Positions 56,293 to 64,000 of a DNA stretch of 64,000 nucleotides are shown in pieces; positions within the stretch are counted from its first letter, which is position 1, and the number at the start of each line of letters is the position of its first letter. A program made the position numbers and the translations under genes. Location: sequence record PP695294.1; one strand, written 5' to 3'. The notes beneath the pieces were generated by a model, which did no database searches, was not told the DNA's origin, and saw only the letters and a program-made list of their open reading frames with translations.

Positions 56293-56625
56293 ATGAAGAA
56301 AGTTTTAGTTCTGTTAGGCGCACTCGTTGCGCCTATGGTTGCCCACGCTGCGGACAAACCACTCTTACTCGACCAGGATGTTTACGAACGTGTATTCCTG
56401 GAATGCGCTAAAACCTTTAACGGACCACAGAAGACAACCTTTAACGATTTGGACGAAGCGTTAGAGGTCTGCCGTGACACTGCAAAAGAAATCGCGGTAC
56501 GTCAAGGAACCCTCAAAATGGCGGTGGGAAGCAACTGGGAAGAAGTGCAGGTGATGGAAAAACCGGGTTACATGGTCGACCTGAACGCTAAGTTGATGCG
56601 TGAAGAAAAACAGAAACAAAAGTGA
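56293..56625 (+). CDS. Exported protein with Cys pair
   Basis: MKKVLVLLGALVAPMVAHA signal peptide; C-x21-C. Confidence 0.7.
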   Translation: MKKVLVLLGALVAPMVAHAADKPLLLDQDVYERVFLECAKTFNGPQKTTFNDLDEALEVCRDTAKEIAVRQGTLKMAVGSNWEEVQVMEKPGYMVDLNAKLMREEKQKQK

Positions 56626-56633
56626 GGTAAAGG

Positions 56634-57641
56634 ATGACGAAGCTCGTTTCGTTTTCAGCAGGGTTGGATTCCACCTGGATAATGTATCAGCTGTTGTGCA
56701 AAGCACCGGCCAATGAAGCGCGACATGTCCGTCCTGCATATTTCTCCATGTGGAATGGAGGTAACGCGAACTTCATGGAAATTCTTTGTAGTGTGGCCAT
56801 TGTTGAACGGTTAATGGACAGATACCACGCACAAACCGATCGTGTTACATGGGCGGTGCTCGGGGAAGAGAACTTTCCGCCTGTCGTTAGCGCCGGCTAC
56901 GCTAACGGCTGGTCGCCTCTGGTTCAGCAAGGCAATGTTGTTAACGGTCTCGCTAAACTGATGTGCGACATTACACGCAAACAGCACCACGCCTATGCAG
57001 TTGTTGGTTGGAATAAGCTAGATGCGTTGGAGAATAGTCTAGAGCTGGGAGATTGGACATTAGACGAGTACGCCCGCTTAAAGAGCCTTTATAGCGAACT
57101 GATGTATTTCCAAGATCATGCCGGTCGCGTTCCACCGCTTCTAACACCTGCGTGGGATAAAGAGAAACTGGAAATGTGGCAGGAGTTGCCGGAAGACATT
57201 CGTAGATTGGTGCAGGTCAGTAACTACAACAACTACGAATTCGCGATAGACCGTGAGAATAACATGCTCATCGTTTATGCCCATCCGTCGGCAAAGTCGC
57301 AGAATTATCGTAGTCTTGGTATTACACCGTCTGTGGGATGGGAGATTAAAATCAACGATGCTTACAGACGGGTATGGTGCTCTGCTCTTGGTGGTGCTAT
57401 TTCTGCTATGGGTTTGGACGTACCGACTTTTGCTAACTTTAAGGACCCGAAAAGAAATCAGACAACCTTTACGGTAACTGAAGATACTGAAAGACTATTT
57501 ATCACGTCATTTACAGCAGAAGAGTGGTGCGAATATGCACCGCATTTTAAAGCGCTTCAGGAGAAAGAAAAAGAGAGAGCGAAAAATGCCAAAGCAAGTA
57601 AAGCTGTGGACGCTCCAACTGGCGAAGTGGCGGATAGCTGA
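56634..57641 (+). CDS. QueC-like PP-loop (adenine nucleotide alpha hydrolase) protein
   Basis: LVSFSAGLDST; LLTPAWDKEKLEMWQELP. Confidence 0.7.
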   Translation: MTKLVSFSAGLDSTWIMYQLLCKAPANEARHVRPAYFSMWNGGNANFMEILCSVAIVERLMDRYHAQTDRVTWAVLGEENFPPVVSAGYANGWSPLVQQGNVVNGLAKLMCDITRKQHHAYAVVGWNKLDALENSLELGDWTLDEYARLKSLYSELMYFQDHAGRVPPLLTPAWDKEKLEMWQELPEDIRRLVQVSNYNNYEFAIDRENNMLIVYAHPSAKSQNYRSLGITPSVGWEIKINDAYRRVWCSALGGAISAMGLDVPTFANFKDPKRNQTTFTVTEDTERLFITSFTAEEWCEYAPHFKALQEKEKERAKNAKASKAVDAPTGEVADS

Positions 57642-57969
57642 AAAACGGAATTTGCCAAAGCTGGATATAACAGTTAAGTCGGGGTTGAAATATTTGGCAC
57701 CCGACTGGGACTTTCTGATGGACTACAAGAAGTCTGACAAAGGCCCCGACGCAGAAGCTGCGTATACCAAACGCTACCTGCAGAAACTTAGTCGGTTGTT
57801 TGATGAAGACACTGATAAGTTGATAGAGATTCTCCGCCAGGGCGAGGTCGTACTAATGTGCTATTGCCCACCGGGGAAATTCTGTCATCGCCACTTGCTA
57901 GTTTCTTACCTTATTGAAATCGGTGAGTGGTTCGGTTATGAAGTAATTTACATGGGCGAGTTATCGTAA
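57586..57969 (+). CDS. DUF488-like protein
   Basis: LAPDWDFLMDYKK, YTKRYL, LMCYCPPGKFCHRHLL; ATG 57586. Confidence 0.7.
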   Translation: MPKQVKLWTLQLAKWRIAEKRNLPKLDITVKSGLKYLAPDWDFLMDYKKSDKGPDAEAAYTKRYLQKLSRLFDEDTDKLIEILRQGEVVLMCYCPPGKFCHRHLLVSYLIEIGEWFGYEVIYMGELS

Positions 57970-57980
57970 GGAGAGTCCTC

Positions 57981-58376
57981 GTGAAATTGATTATGCCTAA
58001 AACCGTTCCTAATCAGGATATGGTTACGACTACACTGTTTTCTGAATCATTACGTAACTCTGTACGTCAGACCGCTTCACGTCTAGACGTGGCAGTTGAA
58101 GAACTCGACCCTGAAGTCTTCATGAAGTATGCGTTTATTGCAGAAGGTTACGCGATCGCCCTGAGTTATGCGCGGTATGTCGATGACGTGACAGAAGCTA
58201 AACGTTATTTAGAAGGCTGTTGTCAAGTTTTCCGTGAAGAAATCACCGAGATGGAGATGGTTGACCGCGGCTTACCTGAATTTGTAAAGGTGGGTTACGA
58301 TAAGCTGTTGCAATCCATCGCGGATGAGATCAAACGTCGCGGGTTAACTGTGGTGCACAGCGCTACACTGCACTAA
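57981..58376 (+). CDS. Hypothetical protein
   Basis: 131 aa, GTG start, SD AAGGAG. Confidence 0.75.
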   Translation: MKLIMPKTVPNQDMVTTTLFSESLRNSVRQTASRLDVAVEELDPEVFMKYAFIAEGYAIALSYARYVDDVTEAKRYLEGCCQVFREEITEMEMVDRGLPEFVKVGYDKLLQSIADEIKRRGLTVVHSATLH

Positions 58377-58389
58377 CACCGTACGAGTA

Positions 58390-58431
58390 GGCTACCACAC
58401 GATCATATGTGTGGTAGCTTATTTTTTTTTG
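58390..58431 (+). terminator. Intrinsic terminator
   Basis: GGCTACCACAC-8nt-GTGTGGTAGCT plus T tract. Confidence 0.85.
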
Positions 58432-58446
58432 TTTCTGGAGGCGTTA

Positions 58447-58980
58447 ATGGCAGACCGCTATCAGCCCGACCTAACACTCTCGTCGAAAGCGCTTGTCGTG
58501 GCGTTAATTAATCACGATAACGGCTTGTCATTATCGCCTGACGAGATTGTGATAAGCGGAGTAGGGCCAATCGACTTAGGTGTTGAAAGTGCCCGTACCT
58601 CGCAAGCGTACATTGCGAAAGCACGTAAACCTAACGGCAAGAAAGTTACCGTCTATTACGACCGTCTAGCTGCTAATAAGATTATCGACCCGCAAGGACC
58701 GATACTGGTTACTGTAGCTCCCGGCGACACCTATGCTGATTTAGCGACAGTTGTAAACCAGTTGTGCGGTTTAAACTTGTCACGTGAGGACATCTCGACA
58801 GGGGTTATTACACCAACAAACGAGCCGTTGATTGCACCGATGAGTGACGATTCACCGGCTTGGACGGCTACCTTTACATTCACGGCGTTTAATGAAAAAG
58901 AAGCTGTGGCAAGTCTGGATGAAGAAACTGTTTTATGCATCGGTGATGATGCAGTGTTAACCTACGGAGACGATGCATAA
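58447..58980 (+). CDS. Virion protein, paralog of 33786/38612
   Basis: PDLTLSSKALVVALIN...VYYDRL; ATG 58447 with SD GGAGG. Confidence 0.6.
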   Translation: MADRYQPDLTLSSKALVVALINHDNGLSLSPDEIVISGVGPIDLGVESARTSQAYIAKARKPNGKKVTVYYDRLAANKIIDPQGPILVTVAPGDTYADLATVVNQLCGLNLSREDISTGVITPTNEPLIAPMSDDSPAWTATFTFTAFNEKEAVASLDEETVLCIGDDAVLTYGDDA

Positions 58981-59450
58981 TGGCAACTGTAGTCAAAAAG
59001 AAACGTTTGCATGAACTCGATTCTTACAACGGTGATAAGTCGAGCGCGGTAGCGCTTATCAGCGTTGATGAAAAGGAGTACAAACTTCCTCTCAGTGAAA
59101 TCGGCGGCGGGGCAGATGCAAACCCTATCCAAAACTTATCCGGTGCTGACGGTGTCGTTGAAATAGATCCCAATATTGCGGACGACTTCATTATCCGTTT
59201 AGGTGACCCCACCACTGCGCTTTCTATCACACCTATTACCGACCCGGTTCCGGGTACGCGATATGAGTTATTACTGACGCTACGTCAGGGTACCGGTGCA
59301 AACAAAATCACCTGGCCGGCTTCGGTTAAATGGCCTAACGGTGCAGAACCTCCGTTATCGTACACGCTAGACGCCGAGGATGTGTTGTCTTTGTCATCTA
59401 CGGATGGCGGCACAACCTGGAAAGGGGCCATTTGCGGAACAGGATACTAA
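58980..59450 (+). CDS. Tail-fibre-associated protein
   Basis: LRQGTGANKITWPASVKWPNG...DGGTTW beta-sandwich pattern; coupled to next gene. Confidence 0.6.
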   Translation: MATVVKKKRLHELDSYNGDKSSAVALISVDEKEYKLPLSEIGGGADANPIQNLSGADGVVEIDPNIADDFIIRLGDPTTALSITPITDPVPGTRYELLLTLRQGTGANKITWPASVKWPNGAEPPLSYTLDAEDVLSLSSTDGGTTWKGAICGTGY

Positions 59451-59453
59451 GCC

Positions 59454-62400
59454 ATGCGCAAATTTAAAATCTCTGCTAAACGACATGCGCTGAACTACGC
59501 ACTGTCGCTGGCTTACGGACATCAGGACTTTGTTCGTCGAAACACCGGCTTAACTAACGACGCCCACAATGACCATTATCTGATTAACCCAGAAGGGGTG
59601 CTATCTAATAACCGACATTTCATTGCTGACTCCATGGCTGTGTATCAACCTAATGGTGACGCCACCACAGAAGGTCAATCGTTGCTGATTATTGGCTACT
59701 GTCACATGTACATTGCTACCAAAAACCAGATGTGGTTAGATGCGGCGATTCATGCATGGGAAGCGTACGCTACCTACTATTACGCAGGTCAGGCCATTCC
59801 CGATTCACCACAACGTTGGATTTGTAACTGGCTAGTTAACGGTAAAGAGCCAGTGCTGGCAGACTATCCGGTGCATCCGACCGAGCCAACCCACGGTGGT
59901 TATAAGTGTGTACCGGTAACGTTTACGAACGGGCGTTGCCAGATACCCCAAGGCGCACCATTCTTTGGTGAATATCTGAACAATTTCTTTTCTGCGCATC
60001 GTGGCCATCCTACTTGGGGTGCGGTTAATGCCGACGTACAGAAAATTAAGGAATCGGAAGACGGGTTAATTGACTGGTCTAAAGTCCCTGATTACTTAAT
60101 CGTCAATCCAGAGAAACCTTACGATGTAAAAGCGTGGGTGGACTGGAACACGATGCTAAACGACCCAACCGGATATACCCCAATATGGGGCGGTTCTACC
60201 TCGAAAGGTCCGCGGTACGAACCTGACTGGTTTGTTGTGTGGACGGGTGAGAAGGTTCAAGACGGCGATGTCATCGAATCCGGTTTACCTGATGCCCAGA
60301 AAGGAACCGTACAATTAAAGGACACTAGTATTAACGGTGTATATTTGATTAACTACGCTTCCCAGGTACCTGTAGAGCACGGCGGATATTTGTTTGACCG
60401 CAATGAGCCGTGGCACAACCGTCCGGTTCATACCCCGTTAAAAGGGTCTGTTAACCAGATGGGTAACGCGGCAGATGCGGAAGTGTGGTTTATTGATGCC
60501 TGTTATCTGCTCTGGCGTATCACAGGTGAACCGCGCTATAAAGCCGCATTAGACTCCGTGTTCTATACAGCGCACGAGTACACGTATATCGATGCGAAGG
60601 ACAAGTTTTTCCGTCGTTCTAAGCTAGCCGAAACACCATTTACAGATGGTATCTCGTACGACTATAAATACCCCAGCACCGTTGAGGTCGCTTACGGTCG
60701 TGATGAAAATGGTGATATTGTGTTCCGTTCTGAGGAAGCTGTGCAGAACTTTATGGAACAGCAAGCCGTGCGTTTCAGGATAAACAGTCAATCGAAGTTA
60801 CGTGTGACGTATGGCGGTGTTTGCGACAACGGTGATGCACTTGCGTGTAAAGTGATGGTGGATATTAACCCCGTCAAAGCGGATACTGAAGAAGTAAACT
60901 GGTACGGCTGTACGCTTCCGGGATCAACATCGATGGAAGTAGAACAGCATGACATCGATTTAGGGCATCTGGCCAGAATGACCAATCCGGCCAACGGCGA
61001 AGATTACATCATTGCCGATGCACGAGCATGTTCGGACTACGGTGGGTGTACGTGGCAGGAGAAGTTTGAGAACAACATTTACGATGGTCGTTCAGGCACA
61101 ATCGTAGAAGCGTTATTCCCGAACGACGATGCGGGTTTCATTATCGGTTTCTGGTTAACCGATGCCGGTGTTGCACCCCCACAGTCAATTGTCTATCGTG
61201 CCGATGCTGATTTCAACTTCCGTTTCGAAGATACCGACAAGTGGCGTTGGTGGTGGATGTTGCCCGCGACTAACGGGGAATGGAAACAGGTTATTATTCG
61301 CCCTGAAGACGCAACACTCTCGGGCTATCAACCTGACCACGATACCGACGTCGAACCAAAACCGGCTGCGCCAAATTATACAACTATCGATCAGGTAACC
61401 ATACTGCCCGATTCGGCTGTGGAGAATGCGCACTTTAGCTGGTATTGCGTAAACGATGTTCCGCCACTGTTTAATGGAGACGATGGTTGGACGTTAACGT
61501 TCCGTATTGTAATTCGGGGAGGTTCTGCATTTACGGGTAAGGTGGGCGATTGTACGATAAAAGATTACCGTCTTGACTCGCTCGCGTATTGTCCAGGTAC
61601 GATACCGTTCTCGAACATTTATTCGGAAGGAACGTATCAGCTAGGTGCATGGCACGGGATGCCGTATCCCGGCTATCAGTATCCGTTTATGTACACCATA
61701 CACACCGATGATCGCTACAAAGACTGGCTCTTAAATCAGATTCGGTTTATGCACGATTCACAAACCAACTACCAAACGCAGATAGGTGAGTTAGGTCCAG
61801 GTTGTGCGGCGTATATTTGGAACCGTTGGGATAACTACTCTTACGGCCCGGCAGATACGTGGACAACGTTCCATTGGGGCGATGGACATCCGTGGGCAGG
61901 TTATCAGGCGCGCGCGTATAACGCCGCTGCGCGTTGTTGGTACGAATTAGTTGTGCGTGGTAAAGAGGTTCCACCTGAACTAGTAGTGTACGTTGAAAAT
62001 TGGGCTAAGTGGCTCGTAGGGTTCTTAGACCGCTTTGACAACCACACCCCGAATGAATTCCCTACGGCACCAAATAAACCGGTATGGGTAGAGAATGATT
62101 TCACAGCACATATGTGTGCGCTCTGGATAGCAGGCAGCGCTTATGCGGCAATGGCCGGCTGTACAGTGGAAGGGTTGAACCGTATTATGGATATGGGGAT
62201 GAAGGAGATGGGTGACAACTTCACCGTCACCGACATTCCAGGAAAAGCCATTAACGGTGCCTGGTCTCCATGGGCAAATCCTACCACGGATAACGGTCAG
62301 GCTTTTGGGTTTTATACTGGAGAAGCGATGCGCGCAATCGGGTTGTATCTCCTCTATAAAGAACATGGTGCAGGGCATGATATCTATCACGACTTGGCAA

Positions 62401-62471
62401 TCCCCGACCACACAACAGCTTCACTTGATATAACGTTTACTATCCCAGACGATCCGCTCGAAACTAATTAA
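59454..62471 (+). CDS. Large tail fibre / receptor-binding protein (SPN3US gp124-like)
   Basis: 1005 aa, Trp/Tyr-rich; GDATTEGQSLLIIG and NAADAEVWF motifs like enterobacterial prophage tail proteins. Confidence 0.65.
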   Translation: MRKFKISAKRHALNYALSLAYGHQDFVRRNTGLTNDAHNDHYLINPEGVLSNNRHFIADSMAVYQPNGDATTEGQSLLIIGYCHMYIATKNQMWLDAAIHAWEAYATYYYAGQAIPDSPQRWICNWLVNGKEPVLADYPVHPTEPTHGGYKCVPVTFTNGRCQIPQGAPFFGEYLNNFFSAHRGHPTWGAVNADVQKIKESEDGLIDWSKVPDYLIVNPEKPYDVKAWVDWNTMLNDPTGYTPIWGGSTSKGPRYEPDWFVVWTGEKVQDGDVIESGLPDAQKGTVQLKDTSINGVYLINYASQVPVEHGGYLFDRNEPWHNRPVHTPLKGSVNQMGNAADAEVWFIDACYLLWRITGEPRYKAALDSVFYTAHEYTYIDAKDKFFRRSKLAETPFTDGISYDYKYPSTVEVAYGRDENGDIVFRSEEAVQNFMEQQAVRFRINSQSKLRVTYGGVCDNGDALACKVMVDINPVKADTEEVNWYGCTLPGSTSMEVEQHDIDLGHLARMTNPANGEDYIIADARACSDYGGCTWQEKFENNIYDGRSGTIVEALFPNDDAGFIIGFWLTDAGVAPPQSIVYRADADFNFRFEDTDKWRWWWMLPATNGEWKQVIIRPEDATLSGYQPDHDTDVEPKPAAPNYTTIDQVTILPDSAVENAHFSWYCVNDVPPLFNGDDGWTLTFRIVIRGGSAFTGKVGDCTIKDYRLDSLAYCPGTIPFSNIYSEGTYQLGAWHGMPYPGYQYPFMYTIHTDDRYKDWLLNQIRFMHDSQTNYQTQIGELGPGCAAYIWNRWDNYSYGPADTWTTFHWGDGHPWAGYQARAYNAAARCWYELVVRGKEVPPELVVYVENWAKWLVGFLDRFDNHTPNEFPTAPNKPVWVENDFTAHMCALWIAGSAYAAMAGCTVEGLNRIMDMGMKEMGDNFTVTDIPGKAINGAWSPWANPTTDNGQAFGFYTGEAMRAIGLYLLYKEHGAGHDIYHDLAIPDHTTASLDITFTIPDDPLETN

Positions 62472-62477
62472 GTGTAT

Positions 62478-62519
62478 ACCAGCTATCCTTCGGGGTGGCT
62501 GGTACGCTTTATTTTATTT
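62478..62519 (+). terminator. Intrinsic terminator
   Basis: ACCAGCTATCC-TTCG-GGGTGGCTGGT (G-U pairs) plus T tract. Confidence 0.8.
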
Positions 62520-62520
62520 C

Positions 62521-62541
62521 AGATAGATGTTATCTCAGTGA
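62521..62541 (+). promoter_or_regulatory. Early promoter variant
   Basis: AGATAGATGTTATCTCAGTGA. Confidence 0.62.
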
Positions 62542-62598
62542 ACCTCTGAAATTTACGTTTCAATCAGAGCTTATGTCATGTATTAAGGAGCACTTAAA

Positions 62599-62931
62599 AT
62601 GTCTAAAGTCTATCACATTGCGGTATTGCGTCAGGCAACTGACCTTGAAGGCGACGGTGAACTTCGAATGCAGGAAGCCATTCTGAGCACTGTTAAAGAA
62701 CTTAACCAAGCAAACAATTTCGATGCACGCTTCGAAGCGCTGCCTGTAAGCCGTGGTGCTTTCTACGGCAGTCAAATACTGGCAACCCAGTATGCGATGG
62801 CTTTAAGTGAATTGCGCAATAACCCTAGCCCAGAGACCGCAGCGAAGATGAACAAGCTGTCGCTATGGATGAATAACCTGGATGTCCCCGCAGCATCCAC
62901 TGTAAGTGGTTTGGGGGTGGTCAATGAGTAG
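62599..62931 (+). CDS. Small hypothetical early protein
   Basis: 110 aa, SD TAAGGAG. Confidence 0.75.
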   Translation: MSKVYHIAVLRQATDLEGDGELRMQEAILSTVKELNQANNFDARFEALPVSRGAFYGSQILATQYAMALSELRNNPSPETAAKMNKLSLWMNNLDVPAASTVSGLGVVNE

Positions 62932-63259
62932 AGTAATCGGTGTTGCCAGACCAATGCGTCTCAATAGGACACCAATGATAAATCGTGATATCGGTGAAGC
63001 TGTAAAACAGTTGTCGAATATCGACGGTTACACCTTTAAAGTGATAACACTGTACGACTACCCAGAAGGTAAAGTTCCGCAAGAGGCGCTGGATAAATTC
63101 GTTAATGTATTAGACGATTGCCTTAAGAGTCCAACGGACGTAAATCTTATCAAACTAAACACCATGTCCCTTGAACTGTACCGGCTGCGTAAAATGGGCA
63201 TTCATGCTCGCATCGGTAAAGGTGACCAAACGTTAGCCGAATACTGGGCTAAACAGTAA
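62924..63259 (+). CDS. Small hypothetical protein, possible paralog of 62599
   Basis: Start moved to ATG 62924. Confidence 0.65.
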   Translation: MSRVIGVARPMRLNRTPMINRDIGEAVKQLSNIDGYTFKVITLYDYPEGKVPQEALDKFVNVLDDCLKSPTDVNLIKLNTMSLELYRLRKMGIHARIGKGDQTLAEYWAKQ

Positions 63260-63286
63260 GCTATTTTAAATCCTAAGGAGCATTAA

Positions 63287-63805
63287 GTGAATATTATCAT
63301 GAACCTGTATACCAAACGGGAACGTAACGTTTTAGAATCTGGCGTTGCCCCGGAAGTATTGGCTGCGGGGGATATTAGTATCGACCCATTGAAAGTGAAA
63401 GTCGCGGAACTGTTCCCTCGTGATGAATGGGACATCTGGTATTTCCGTTGTTCGTCGGTATTAAATGCAATCAAGCAACTGTCTGATTATCAGCCTGGTC
63501 CGTATATCGGTACCTGGCACTGGTACGTTCCACGCACACCAAACTTCCTTTACCTGCACGACGATGATAAACGTACTCATATTCGCACTGTAGCGACGCC
63601 TGCGCGTTTGGAGCGTTATCTGGAGCTAATCCACGACCGGCCTCGTAACGAGCTGCAGAGCATCGTAGAGGTGCTCAGACAGGTACCTTTAGACGGTATA
63701 CTGGAACTGGACATGAAAATCGCCGATCGTCCGAGACATTACTGGGAATTTTCCTGGGTAGACGCGAAGTACGAAAACCATAACGTTATCTATCTGAAGC
63801 GTTAA
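63287..63805 (+). CDS. Hypothetical protein
   Basis: 172 aa, SD TAAGGAG. Confidence 0.75.
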   Translation: MNIIMNLYTKRERNVLESGVAPEVLAAGDISIDPLKVKVAELFPRDEWDIWYFRCSSVLNAIKQLSDYQPGPYIGTWHWYVPRTPNFLYLHDDDKRTHIRTVATPARLERYLELIHDRPRNELQSIVEVLRQVPLDGILELDMKIADRPRHYWEFSWVDAKYENHNVIYLKR

Positions 63806-63815
63806 GGGGGACAGG

Positions 63816-64000
63816 ATGTTGAACTGGTTACTGGCGCTGATTAACAAGCGACAAAAACAACTGTACGAAGAAAACCGAGAATTAGCTGCCGCTAACCGTC
63901 GTGTACAGGCCGATAACTTGCAGTTAAGACACGACCTCGCGGAACTGGGCGTTAATGCGAGTAGGCTCTGCACGCACATAAGTCGCTGTCACGACATTAT
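63816..64000 (+). CDS. Coiled-coil hypothetical protein, truncated by window end
   Basis: MLNWLLALINKRQKQLYEENRELAAANRRVQADNLQL..., open to 64000. Confidence 0.55.
   Translation, partial: MLNWLLALINKRQKQLYEENRELAAANRRVQADNLQLRHDLAELGVNASRLCTHISRCHDI

Noticed and set aside
7373-62503. Repeated TTCG hairpins as CRISPR or REP-like array
   Set aside because: Dispersed, stems differ, each follows a stop codon with a T tract: ordinary terminators
63816-64000. Spanin (Rz-like) call
   Set aside because: Hydrophobic N-terminus too short for a TM, and gene is truncated

Overview
64 kb of a lytic phiKZ-related jumbo myophage genome (Chimalliviridae-type). Gene order and protein sizes match my recollection of Salmonella phage SPN3US and relatives, roughly gp48-gp127; this is recalled, not searched. 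The window is densely coding and almost all on the + strand. Left half, conserved core: baseplate genes, inner-head proteins with AxE prohead-protease sites, a divergent DnaB-like helicase, major capsid protein, non-virion RNAP beta N-terminal subunit, portal and RuvC. Right half, accessory: six GNAT-fold genes (three tandem-GNAT proteins surround a Dam methylase), SLOG protein, thymidylate kinase, XRE HTH, a TYW3-like pair, an HslU-like ATPase lacking the HslV-docking tail, a QueC-like PP-loop protein overlapping a DUF488-like gene, and a tail-fibre module. Non-coding structure is regular: about 20 hairpin terminators (mostly UUCG loops), 8 copies of an early-promoter motif (AGATA[T/G]AT[A/G]TTA...GA), several followed by a hairpin and a shared leader, and TATGAC late-promoter candidates. 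No tRNA, rRNA, CRISPR array, integrase or transposase was seen. Best candidates for an undescribed system: the tandem-GNAT/Dam operon (47.2-50.7 kb) and the TYW3-HslU-QueC-DUF488 run (52.6-58.4 kb). All functional readings are motif-based inference.
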